The translations under genes and the position numbers were made by a program. A DNA stretch of 64,000 bases from Marsupella aquatica. Its lineage: Eukaryota > Plantae > Marchantiophyta. Below, piece by piece: positions 24,325-36,512 of the stretch (position 1 is the stretch's first letter; each line of letters opens with the position of its first letter). The stretch lies in contig OZ316897.1 in the NCBI GenBank assembly GCA_973895155.1, positions 1,018,515-1,082,514 on the forward strand, written 5' to 3'. Below the pieces are notes generated by a model. The model worked only from the letters and a program-made list of their open reading frames with translations, made no database searches and was not told the DNA's origin.

Positions 24325-25499
24325 AATGGAGTTGACGCCATGGGCAACGGACGCTTGGGGCGCAAGTTATGGCCCGAGCCGGGTTGGGCCGGTCGGGGGC
24401 CCCAAGCGGCAATGAGACCTGAGGGCCTAGGCATGAGCACTGGGTCGGCCCGGTCACAACGGGCTAAGGCACTCCGCTTGCGGATGCCTAACGAGTAAGT
24501 TATGGGCGTTGCCAGTTGGTGGCGCGCCCGTTATGCGCGGTAGGTTCCGGGTTGAGGGCCAAATATTTAGGGACCAAAGCTGGTCCGGGGGTGGCAGGTC
24601 TCCAGAAGCATATATGAGGGGAGTGGTGTCTCCTTGGGGGCTAAGGGCGAGCCGAAGTCGTGAGCCGCGGCGGTCGCGACACTAAGGGAAACCACCAAAC
24701 AAAAATGGCGATATATTCCCAACAGGGAGTCCGTTGGAGGACTTCTTGGGTGCGTTGGAAAGCTCTTAAGAAGGGCTACGCCCTCCTGAGCTCAGATGGG
24801 TCTGGGGGTGCCATGGGTTCTCGTGGTTTGCGGGTGTTAGCTCGCCCGCTTGCCAAATTCTGCCGAACAGCAGCCAAGTCGCGTTCAGTCTCCCAAGGGA
24901 GCTTGCGTTGGGGAGGCAAGGCCAAGTAGGTATGGAGGCTGAGTCCCCGGGGTTTTCGGCCCCTAGACCATCAGTGGGGCAAACCGGGAGTGATTGCTAG
25001 AGTCGGGGCCATTCTGGTCCCGACGTGTTGGGACAAGCTTAGGACAAGCTACGCTATTTGGGCCATGAGCATGTCCTGGGGTCAGGGCGGTCAGTTGGTG
25101 ATGGATAGGTACGAGGGGGAACCCGGGCCACGCCCAAGGAAGGAGCTGTCCTGGACGGACAATGGGCGTGGGTTCTGGTTCCGGCTTATGGCATCGGGAG
25201 GACCTATCGCTGACCTATTTACCAACGTCTATTGAGCTTGAATTAGGATGCTAGACTTGGCGAGTTCTAGATCTTGAAGGGTTACTTACTGAGGTGCTTG
25301 GTTGCTTGTGCAGACAATGAGGACCGTTGAGTAGCGGTCGTGTAGGAGAGCAAGTGCGGCTTCGTATGGGAGGGGCCGCTGGAGGTGCAAGGGGCACTAG
25401 AGTGCTTGCTTGAGGTATTCCGTGGAGGCGTTCGGGCACCAGGGGCACTTAGGCATGAGTGCTGGGATTGGTGAGGGCGCTGGGTGGCTAGGTCCACCA
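24325..25499 (+). repeat. 5' LTR, missing its first ~309 bp
   Basis: Direct repeat of 34897-36086; ends ...GGTCCACCA just before the PBS. About 14 substitutions in the first ~250 bp (counted by eye), nearly all transitions. Confidence 0.9.
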
Positions 25500-25503
25500 C
25501 TTG

Positions 25504-25515
25504 TGGTATGAGAGC
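25504..25515 (+). promoter_or_regulatory. Primer binding site, tRNA-iMet type
   Basis: TGGTATGAGAGC, one mismatch from the canonical TGGTATCAGAGC, 4 nt after the LTR end. Confidence 0.8.
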
Positions 25516-25646
25516 GATTGCTGGCATAGACACCGGGCCGAGGTTGTGCTAAGTCGGAATCCAAAAATCTTAACGGATTTTTGCGGGGACTTAGCTCTTC
25601 AACACGCCCGGCGGGTCAACTGCGGGCAGATTTGGTCGCTGGGAAC

Positions 25647-27168
25647 ATGGCAAAAAACACTCATGCAAAGAGTGGCAAGCAGGCTCCCCCCACCAAGGGG
25701 AGAGCCCAAGTTCAAGATGAACAGAAGGAGGACGGATCAACTTCCCTAGACGAACGCTACAAGCAGGATGAAGAAGATGCAACGGCCAAACCGTCGACCG
25801 CTGCGGCGAACAAGTCAAGTGCAAAGCACCGTCAACTTAAAGGGAAGGAGGCAGCTGATCCTTCAGAGGATGGGTTGGATGATGATGATTCCAACGCAAG
25901 TGGAAGCGATGACAATGCTGAAGCTGAGACAGAGGAAGAGGGTCAGGACCCAGAGGAGGAACTGATCCCAGCCTTGAGAGGGTTGAATGCGGAATCAGAG
26001 GATGATGCCAAGCCGGACGTCATTGTGGATAATTTGACCAAGCAGAACCAGGATGACGCGGGTGATACCTCAATCCCGGGAGGTCATGGTGCTCGCAAGA
26101 CGCAGGGGGTGTCACCAAAATCCACACGAGAACCTAAGGACAGGCGGCCCTCAAAGGAAAGACGGTTGGAAGACTATCCTCATACAACCCACAAGGGCCC
26201 AGCCGCTGACGACGGTCTGGGTCCGTTGATTCAAGACCAATGACTTATCTACGAGCAGTTGGAACACAACAAGGGAGCCCAGATTAAGTACTTACTTAGT
26301 CTGGGTAGTCAGAGTGCGACGCGTCCCGATGGGGGAATAGTAGTTGGGCAGAGTATGTTCCAAGTGAACCAGCTACCAACTCCTCCAACTTACAATGGGG
26401 CCTATGAGCAAAGTGGACAAAAGTTCCTCAGTTGGCTTTCCACGATGGAGATTCATCTCCAAGCGTGTGTTGAGCGATCCACTTGGGCTACCGCAGCTGC
26501 TCCTTACCTGAAGGACTATGCCTTGACTTGGTACAAGTCATGGAAGAAGTCGAGGGAAGACTCCTCCTTGCTGCTAACTTGGGAAAACCTGGTTGAGGGA
26601 CTCCGTGCTCATGTCCCCACTAAGTACCCGGAGCGGCACGCTCAGAAATGTGTAACGGAGATGAGCTTCAGGGGTGATATCCAAAAGTTCATCACTTATT
26701 ACCAAAATCAGTTGGCGTGTATCCCGACACGACAAGAGACCCTGCATACACAGCTTCACAACTTTATAGTGAAGCTCCCGCCGTTGCTCAGGGAAAAGTT
26801 ACAAGAAAAGCGTCATGAGTTCAAAACGCTTTCTGACACCTTTGACAAGGTCACTACGTTGGTGAATAACCGACCGGACTTGGCGAAGGTGGGTGGCAAG
26901 GGATCCAAGGGGGAAGCTGGTAAAGCAAAAGGTCCCCGGTGGTTCGGATCCCCAGCCCCAGAATGGAGAAGCTAAGCAAAACCGGAAGGCCGGCAACTTC
27001 AAGAAAGGAACCTCATCGACGCAGAAAGCAAAGAAGCAGGCACTTGTGGAGCAGAGGCGGGCGGAAGGTTTGTGCTTCACATGTGGTGCCATGGGCCATC
27101 AAAGTAAGGATTGTTCCACGAAAGGTGGCAAGCCAAACGGAGATGGTGGAGGGCAGAAGAGCATTTAG
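25647..27168 (+). pseudogene. gag: gag with long acidic N-terminus and CCHC zinc knuckle
   Basis: In-frame TGA at 26241 and a frameshift near 26950. Capsid-like YLKDYALTWYKSW...TWENL; knuckle CFTCGAMGHQSKDC. Confidence 0.85.
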
Positions 27169-28228
27169 GCGTGACCGCCTGCTTCATAAGCGGGCAGGCG
27201 GCAGCACGTCTTGGGGTGGACGTGCAAGAGTTGCTACAACCGTTAGTGTGCAAGTTTGCCAACGACACGAAGGGGATAGTGTCGAGAGTGGTACATAGAC
27301 TTTGAGTAGAGGTCATAGGCGAGCAACAAAATTTTGTTAGTCAGGAGATGTTCTACGTTCTAGACGGTCTAGCCGTAGACTTCATTTTGTCGGTAGGTTA
27401 TCTCAGAAAGCACAATGTTACCTTGAAACCGGGGGGTGAGGTGCTCCATTTTCCCAATAAGGGCGGTAAGCCCATCGTTGTACACGAAGTTACCAAAAAT
27501 AAAGAAAGATTTCTCAAAGTAAGTAAAGTGTCGTGGTTGTCTCTGTGTGTATCGGCAAAGCAATGGTGGAAAGACTTCAAGGGGGGACATGAATGTTTCT
27601 TCTTTCATCTCCACCCAACTAAGGAGGCTGCTTCGTAGCCAAAGGTCAAGTCAGCTAAGGTCAGGCCCGACTGCGGTACAATTCCTGAAATTTTAGAGGA
27701 ATTCAACGACGTGCTCTTGCAGAAGCTACCTAAAGGTTTACCCCCGAGGAGAGAAGTGGATCACCAAGTTGAGTTGGAGCCGGGATCAGCTCCTCAGGCT
27801 AAAGCTCCTTATCGTCTGAACCTGAACGAGCGAATGATGTTGAAGAACGCCTTAGAAGAGTTGATCGACCAAGGGTTCATTCGCCCTAGTAAGAGTCCTT
27901 ACGGGGCGCCCGCGCTGTTTGTGTCCAAAAAGGATGGTACTTTGAGATTGTGCGCAGATTACCGGGGGCTCAATAAGCAAACCATAAAGAACAAGTACCC
28001 GTTACCTCATATAGATGACCTCTTCGATTGCCTCTCCGGGGCTAGGAATTTTCAAAGGTGGACTTGCGGTTCGGGTATTACCATATCCGCATGGCAAAGG
28101 GAGACGAGTATAAGACCGCGATGCGCACAAGATTCGGATCCTATGAGTTTTTGGTTATGCCGTTTGGGTTGTGTAACGCAACCGCAACGTTCATGAAGAT
28201 GATGAATACCATCTTCCATGACTTGTTG

Positions 28229-31200
28229 TGTAGCAAGGTGATAAAGAGATAAATGATATTTACTCCCTAACAACTCGATTTTGTTCCCGTTAGGAGTGGA
28301 TAAGATCGAAAAGACCTAATTAACACAATTTGAGAAGTTTACACCAACATTCTTAGGTTGGAGAGATTTCTAATGATCTCCTTAACATAAGTGTTTAACC
28401 ACAAACTCAAGTGGGTAATCCTTAGGATTCACAGTGCAATAATAAAGACTAGAATTAACAAAGATTGAAACTAGAGAGAGAGTAGATAGGAGTTTTCAAA
28501 GTGCAAGGGAATTGAATTTCTTACCATCACCACTCCTTCAATAAGGACTATGGCCTAATTTAAGATTCAGAAATCAACATTTTCTATGCTTTTTGATTTC
28601 TCGTAGCAACTCTTTTCCATCTCTTGAATTTAGAAGACAACAATGTAAATCAACCCGGGACACTTTTCTGGTCTTGCTTAAGATGGTACTAGGATACTCG
28701 AATTGGTTTACTTCTCCTACTATCCTTAAGATTGCTTATTTGAGTTTCACGTAAATTCCAATTTCTCTTTGGTGAATCTTCTATATGAATTGGTCATAGA
28801 CCTTGCTGATCTTCCAATATCATCATAGGCACACACTAGTATTCATTGAATATTGCACAACAACTCAAAGGGTTGCTAATCTTGAAACTTCTCTTTACTT
28901 AACCATGGTAAAAAGAAGGGAAGAAAAGACATAGATTTCTCCAAAATCAAAATGGGGAAATCAAATGCATCTCTCTCTCGGTTGACTTTGGGTTCTCCTC
29001 CTTTTGTACTAAAAGTGGAGATTATGAAAAGACATGCCTCTTCAAAACCTAAGTCTAAAGAAATATGTAAATAAAAGTGAACTATCCTAGTCAAAAATGG
29101 AGTAGAGTCTCCAATGGATACATCAACAAAATACTGGAGTCTACTTACTCATATACTAATCTATATAGCTATTTCTAAGTCTAAACTAATGTGGCTCTAA
29201 CTCTCTAAATACAACTCTATTCTGGCCCGTATTCTGGTCCTAGCTTTTGGGAAGGAACCTCCTCAGGGTTAGCCATGGCAAGGGGTTCTGGTCGAAGGAA
29301 AACTCCCTGCTGGCCAGTGGTAAAAGGGATGGACGGGTCAATATCCATGTTCTCCTGATGGGCACTTGGGTCATGAGAATAAGTGTAAGAATGGGAGTGG
29401 AAGTGTGTACTGGGAGTGGGGAAACCAGGAGGGTTGAGGGGTGATGAGGGGCCAGTGGAATAGACTCCTTCATGAGGACTAGGAGAGAAAGATCTAATAG
29501 TAAAGGGAGGAATCTCAGTATCAGCTAATAGCTCCTCAGTAGTCAAATCACTCATCTCCCTTAAGGCTTCACAGGTCTTTGAGAGACCTGTAAGTGCATC
29601 ATCCACCTTGGTACTCACATCTACCACTAAATGGTTAATCTTGGAGAAAAGGATGGGTGTGGTGTTCTTGGCCAAATACTCATCATAAATTTGGGCTTTA
29701 AGAAGATCCAGAGAAGCTATCTTAGTCAAAGGCTCAATCAGATCCAAAGATTGAGTGATACTGAGTTGGAGAGTATGCTCAAGCTCATTCTTCTTCTTAC
29801 TCCTTTCCAACTGTTGTTTGAGTTCAGATACCTTCTTCTTGAGGAACTCATTCTCCTTCAATCTCCAACTTCCTCTTATCTGTGGCATCACTCATGGTGG
29901 AGATCTTCTCAAGAATCTGTCCTGGTTTTACTCCTAACTTCTGAGAAATGTCAGTGATGGCCTTCTCCATCACAGTGGTCTTCCTCTTCACTTTCTGGAA
30001 TGTGTCTGAGATGATCTGGAAATCAGCTAGGGTGTCTAGGGAGGCATGGCCGGGTGCATCCAGAAATTCAGCCGGGTCGACGAAGGCCGGGTCGGCAAAG
30101 TCCGGGTCGAGGTTCCGGGCAGCAGACCGGATCTTTCGAGGATTTGTCTCTGCTGGTTCCTCATCCTCACTGTCATCAGAGGTGGCCTGGGTGATATCTG
30201 GATCTGTCTCTCCATACTTTATGAAGTTGAACTTGGCCAATAGTAATTTCTTCTCGTCTCTAAACAAGACTCCTTCAAAGCTATATAGATGTGCCAGGTA
30301 GCAGGAGAGGGGAGTAGGACTCTTGTTGGACAGGTTCTGTACCAACTTCCTTATCAAATCAAAGATAAGCTTAGCCCAATTGACTTTTCTTTCTCCTTTG
30401 TAAGCAGCAACAATGGTAGAGCCAACTCCAACAGTAACTCTTCTTGGCTTCTCAGGGTACAGCAGGGGTAGCAGAAAGCTGAAGACTCGTCTCAGATCAG
30501 GATCCAAACACTTAGAAACATTGAACCCGTCCTTACTGTTGATGGCTCCTTTGAAGTAAGGAAGGATTAGGTTGACAGCTCTCCCCACTGGACCTTCTCC
30601 TTCATCTTCCAATACAAAAGCTCCTGCAATCATCATCTGAGTCCATCGCTCAGGTCGGCCTCTGGAGGTATCCTTAAACTCAGCCGGATACTCCTTGGAT
30701 TGGATCTCTCTGATCATATCTTCGCTCTGATAACTCCAGGGTAGCTCCATCAGAGACTCACAGCCCATCCTGAGCAAAGACTCCCTCAGTTTGACCTTCT
30801 CAGCTTCATTGTCCGGAATAGCTGGCCTCAAAATTTTCATGGCAATAGGGACCTCCTTTCTCTTTGATCGTCTCACAGGGGCTTTAACCAGAGTAGGTGC
30901 AGGTGATGTTGAGGTTGAATGCCCCTTAGAGACGCAAGAAGTGGACATTCCGGCTGGATCCGCCCCTTGCTCCATAGGATTTCCGGAAGCAACAAATTGA
31001 TTTCTGGTAAATGTTCTGCCTCCTCTACGGCAAGCTCTACAATGATGCGACTTCAGAATGTTCAATTGCTTCGGTGTCGATCACTGGTAGAAATGTCCGG
31101 GTCGACCTGGCCGCAGCATTTCTGATCAACTGAAAATCATTTCGGAAGAATTGCATCAAGATCTCGTCAACCACAATGCAGGGTCATCTAACGTGGGGAA

Positions 31201-31844
31201 AATCTGGACTCAATCGGGCCTGCAATGGTCATGTTCGGGTTGACCTGACCGCCCTTCTCACAACCGATGTATCCACGATCAGGATCTCAAACTTCCTGCC
31301 TTCACTTCCAGCGGTGGAGTAGGCATTCCCCTCACAACGAATCAGTCAGTACCCTCATATCCAGGCTCTCATCATGCAATGCAAGATTGGTCCTATAATC
31401 CGGACCCAAGATCCTCTACCAAAAGGGTAGAGCCTCCTCACTCTACTGCTTAAACAACCTAATGCGCTCGGGAGCTCAAAACCTACTAAGTTCGGCTTTG
31501 AGAGGTGTGAGAGGCCGGATCGACTCTCCTTCCTTATATTCGGATTCTGCTGTGGTCGTGCCTGTGTTCGACTTATGGTTTTAAAAACTTTGGCAATGGA
31601 CAGCTGTTGTTTAGTAGAGTCTCGGTATAAGCTTTATATCTCATTCAAGGCTTATAGTAAAAAGTTCCGGGTCGATCCTCCTTCTCTAATATCAATCCGG
31701 GTTGACCTCAGATCAGCTTGAAAGTCTCATAACACTTCAAAGTAGTTTTTAGGTCCCTCTTCAGCCTTATTTGAGATCTTAAACGTAAAAGTTCTAAAAT
31801 TTATGGTTAGTTAACCCTTCTTTTACAAACATCCTTATCTCACA
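28229..31844. mobile_element. Element A: 3616-bp TGT..ACA element with 5-bp TSD; solo-LTR-like and ORF-bearing
   Basis: TSD TGTTG at 28224-28228 and 31845-31849; removal restores RT IFHDLL|DQGVVVFIDD. No RT/integrase motifs, internal LTR pair or long TIR seen. Confidence 0.9.
29217..30975 (-). pseudogene. Element A protein: ~190-aa conserved domain, coiled coil and Pro/Ser tail; one frameshift near 29860
   Basis: ORFs 29848-31065 and 29217-29891 overlap across a frameshift (KRKLE.. / LKENEFLKKKVSELKQQLE). The core is homologous to the element B ORF. Start codon uncertain. Confidence 0.7.
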
Positions 31845-34577
31845 TGTTGGACCAAGGAGTGGTTGTCTTTATTGATGACATCCTAATCTACTCGAAAACG
31901 TTGGAGGAACATGAGCAGTTGCTCAAAGAAGTGTTCTCTCACCTTCGCAAGGCTCGTCTCTTTGCTAAACCTAGCAAGTGCGAGTTTGCAATGAACGAGA
32001 TTCAGTTCCTCGGCCATACCTTTACCCCGGAAGGGATTACGCCTAGTCAGGACAAGCTTAAGGAGATCAAAGAATGGGAGCGCCCGTCCAATGTAAGGCA
32101 AGTTAGAGCCTTCTTAGGATTTACGGGGTTCTATCGGAGATACATGAAAGACTATGCAAGGATCGCGAGGCCCCTAAACGCGCTAACGTTGAAAAACAAA
32201 GTGTTTGTGTGGACACAAGATTACGAGTTAGCATTCCTAGAGCTCAAGCGGTTAATGATAATGCCGTCGATTCTAAAGTTACCTGAGATGGGGAAGCCGT
32301 TCAAGATTTGGACAGACGCAAGTGATTATGCCATTGGCGCCTGTCTTCACCAAGATGGGCGTCCTGTGGCCTTCGAGTCATGTAAGTTGGAAAATCATTG
32401 GATCACACCGGAAAGGGAAATGTATGCTGTGATCTACGCGTTAAAGAAGTCAGTGGGAGATTTACCTTAAGAACGGTCCCAAAGTGGTAATCCACACAGA
32501 TAGCTCGCCGACCGGGTATTTCAGTTCTAAGCCAAGACTAAACCCTAAGGAAATGCGCTAGCAGATGTTCTTGGCGGATTTCAATTTCGAAGTCTGCCAC
32601 GTTCTAGGGAAGACGAATACGACAGCTGACGCGTTATCACGTAAGGACCAACATCGTGTCAATGGGATCATGATGCTCGAATCCGAGTGGCCAAAGGTGC
32701 TGGCCGCAACGTATGGGGATGACAGGTTAGCTAAGGAATGGCAAAGCAATGGGAGTAGCCAAGGCAGGGTAAGGCACGTATCATTGGGGTTGGATACGAC
32801 GCATAACGTTTAGTTATGGCGATACAAGCAGAGGCGTGTGTACATACCTGAGTCTCTCAGGTTAGAGGTTCTACAAAAGTACCACGACTTGCCCTGGGGA
32901 GGGCATGGAGGACAAGCCGCTACATATCGCAGCATCTCGCGAGATGTGTATTGGCCGGACATGAAGCAATCGGTCCTTCAACACGTGCAAAGTTGTTACT
33001 CGTGCCAAAAGAACCAAACGGTCTATAGGGCAAAAGGAGGACTGCTGCAACCCTTACCAGTAGCTGCGGCTCCATGGGAGTCTATCTCCATGAACTTCAT
33101 TGTTGGGTTACCTGAGTCCCACTTTTTCCAAGATGGCGTATTTCTTGCCTACTACGAAGATGGTTTCGGCCCGAGAGGTTGCCGGTCTAGTGTTTGACAA
33201 TGTCTTCCGACAATGGGGATTGTCATTGCATATCGTGTCCGATCGCGATACCAAGTTCACAGGCCATTTCTGGAAGGCGTTGTTCCGGTTATCCGGAATG
33301 GACCTGACTAGGGGATCAACGTATCATCATGAGACAGATGGATAAAATGGAACGGGTTAATGGTAGATCGTGGAGGACTACTTACGTCACTTTGTGATGG
33401 CCAATCAAAAGGATTGGGCAAAGCATTTAACAATAGCCGAGTTTAGGTATAACTCGACCAAGCATTCGGCGACAGGTTTGCGCCGTTTGTGTTGGCCACA
33501 GGGAGGACGCCAAGGGCGCCCTCCTGGTTTATAAATCCGGAAGCTTGGCGGACGGAAAGCAAGGTTCCTTTTGCGGACAATTTTATTCGAGAGCGGCGCC
33601 TAGTTGTGGAAGCGGCTACCAAGGGTATGACCCTTGCCCAAAGTTGGTACAAGGAGCAAGGGGATAAATATCGACGCCAGGTAAGCTTTGAAATTGGGGA
33701 GAGCGTCTGGTTGCAGTTGAGACTTGAACAATACCACGGGAACATAAGTAGGAAGCTGGCTCCCAGATATGCGGGGCCCTATCGCATCATACGATGGGCC
33801 CACAAGGATAATCCGGTTTTGGTGGTGTTGGAGACACGTACCCAAGGAAATGGGCGTGGGCAAAAGCTACCATGTTAGCCGACTCAAGAATTTTGTCAAA
33901 GACAATGATCCCAACCGGGATCAGGACTTGCGTTCGGACGCCATGCTGGTGGAGGACGCTGAGGAGTTTGAGGTGGAGGCAATTCTGGACCACCGTTACA
34001 AACGTAAGTTGGGAAGGCAAATCTTAGAGTATTTGGTGAAGTGGGCTGGCTATGATCAGGCCGAGAGTACTTGGGAACCGGAAGAAAATTTGGGTATTGC
34101 CTCAGAGATCCTTGGAAGCTATCGTAAGCGAAGCGGCCTACCGCCGTTGTGAACTGGTACAGGCAGCTGTAGCTACCTTTGTGAGTTGTATCCTAGTTTC
34201 ACTCCTCTCGGCCTCTTAAGGATAAAGTCGGATTGCGTTGGGGCTAGAGGTTGTTGGGCGGCCAATTTGCTTTTTGCGAGTGGAAGCTGACGGTGCCCGC
34301 CTTACATCTGTGGGCGGGCTGGTTCGAACCAAAGGGGAGTTCCCCAAGGAAAGGACAATGGGTCCGACAAGTTTGGAGTTAGCTTACCCGATTGGACTGA
34401 CATCCTACTTGGATAAGTGGGATAGGTTGGAATTTCCTAAGTCTGGAAGGCGCATACCAACCTGGTTTGCATCAGCCTTATGGGCAAACCATTTGTTACC
34501 TCATAAAAATTTTAAGGCCCAAAGTGGTCTAGGCGTGTTGGAACGTTTACTGAGGTCACGCGGACGTGACCATTTTT

Positions 34578-34587
34578 AAAGGGGGGG
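34578..34587 (+). promoter_or_regulatory. Polypurine tract
   Basis: AAAGGGGGGG immediately before the TG at 34588. Confidence 0.85.
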
Positions 34588-36086
34588 TGCAAGTCGCGGA
34601 ACTTGACTACCTTAACACTTAGCTCCGGCGTCGCTGACTCCGACGCCGAGCTCCCTTATGGTCCAGGCCTGGATAGGCCATTCGGGGAGGACTTAGCATG
34701 GGGAGACTTGTGGGCAATGAGACGTGGCACTGGCAAGGCAAGGAGCCTGGCTGGGGGCACACACTAAGGACTTGGATGAGCCGATGGCTGGTCGGGTCAA
34801 GGGGAAAGGGGCCGGGCTCAAGGATGGCCATCCGGACCTCCGGATGGACTTTGAGTTCTGAGGGCTTGAGTGTGAGCTCCTCTTGGGCCCAAGGCCAATG
34901 GAGTTGACGCCATGGGCAACAGACGCTTGGGGCGCAAATTATGGCCCGAGCCGGGTTGGGCCGGTCGGGGGCCCCAAGCGGCGATGAGACCTGAGGGCCT
35001 AGGCATGAGCACTGGGTCGGCCTGATCACAACGGGCTAAGGCGCTCCGCTTGTGGATGCCTAACGAGTTAGTTATGGACGTTGCCAGTTGGTGGCGCGCC
35101 CGTTATGCGCGATAGGTTCCAGGTTGGGGGCCAAATGTTTAGGGACCAAAGCTGGTCCGGGGGTGGCAGGTCTCCAGAAGCATATATGAGGGGAGTGGTG
35201 TCTCCCTGGGGGCTAAGGGCGAGCCGAAGTCATGAGCCGCGGCGGTGTCGCGACACTAAGGGAAACCGCCAAACGGAAATGACGATATCTTCTCAACGGG
35301 AAGTTTGTTAGAGGACTTCTTGGGTGCGTTGGAAAGCTCTTAAGAAGGGCTATGCCCCTCTGAGCTCAGATGGGTCTGGGGATGCCATGGGTTCTCGTGG
35401 TTGGCGGGTGTTAGCTCGCCCGCTTGCCAAATTCTGTCGAACAGCAGCCAAGCCGCGTTCAGTCTCCCAAGGGAGCTTGCGTTGGGGAGGCAAGGCCAAG
35501 TAGGTATGGAGGCTGAGTCCCCAGGATGTTCGGCCCCTAGACCATCAGTGGGGCGAACCGGGAGTGATTGCTAGAGTCGGGGCCGTTCTAGTTCCGACGT
35601 GTTGGGACAAGCTTGGGACAAGCTTAGGACAAGCTACGCTATTTGGGCCATGAGCATGTCCTGGGGTCAGGGCGGTTAGTTGGTGATGGATAGGTACGAG
35701 GGGGAACCCGGGCCACGCCCAAGGATGGAGTTGTCCTGGACGGACAGTGGGTGTGGGTTCTGGTTCTGGCTTATGGCATTGGGAGGACCTATTGCTGACC
35801 TATTTACCAACATCTGTTGAGCTTGAGTTAGGATGCTAGACTTGGAGAGTTCTAGATCCTGAAGGGTTACTTACCGAGGTGCTTGGTTGCTTGTGCAGAT
35901 TAGTGAGGACTGTTGAGAAGCGGTCGTGTAGGAGAGCAAGTGCGGCTTCGTATGGGAGGGGCCGCTGGAGGTGCAAGGGGCACTAGAGCTGCTTGCTCGA
36001 GATATTCCGTGGAGGCGTTCGGGCACCAGGGGCACTTAGGCGTGAGTGTTGGGATTGGTGAGGGCGCTGGGTGGCTAGGTCCACCA
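34588..36086 (+). repeat. 3' LTR (~1.5 kb, TG..CA)
   Basis: Starts TGCAAG after the PPT; 34897-36086 matches 24325-25499. The end could be 36086 or 36090. Confidence 0.9.
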
Positions 36087-36512
36087 CTCAAGTACAAGGG
36101 ACAAAACTCCAAGATGAGGAGATGCAAATAACTATCCACACTGTCTAAAAATGAGACTGGTATCATAATAAGTACATGAGATCGCCCACGGGCTAAGGAG
36201 AATGAAGAGACATGCCTCTTCATTTCCTAAGTCTAAACTAAGTAAAAATAAGAGTCAACTTTGACTAAGGGATAGTCAAATAGTCAAAGCTAAGTAAAAG
36301 TCTACAAAATAAGTACTAATCTCATACTGTAATAGGAGGAGGGTCGACTACAAGTAGAGGGAGGCAAGCTACATAACCAAGGGCTATCTTCCCTTTGGTC
36401 CTCTATCCCTTCATATATTGTTGACGGAAAAGGTCCTCACGATAACGAATCAAACGGGTCTCACTGGTCTTCCGGATGGGATGTCCATCCGGTCTGATCC
36501 AAACAAAGTAAT

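Larger units (their letters stand above)
27160..34152 (+). pseudogene. pol: pol (PR remnant, RT, RNase H, integrase, chromodomain), interrupted by element A
   Basis: [99 protein letters not shown]; chromodomain FEVEAILDHR..EYLVKWAGYDQAESTWEPEENL. Confidence 0.93.
24325..36086 (+). mobile_element. Ty3/Gypsy chromovirus LTR retrotransposon, degenerate
   Basis: LTR pair, PBS, gag with CCHC knuckle, pol order PR-RT-RH-INT-chromodomain, and PPT (see sub-features). Many stops and frameshifts. Confidence 0.95.

Noticed and set aside
35603-35635. 11-bp duplications (GGGACAAGCTT in the LTR; GGAGTAGACAC at ~21227) as more 8+4 footprints
   Set aside because: The period is 11 with no CTCR/YGAG spacer; simple slippage explains them.
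34238-36223. Many short GC-rich ORFs in the Gypsy LTRs and 3' UTR
   Set aside because: Not conserved as open frames between the two LTR copies and no recognisable motifs.
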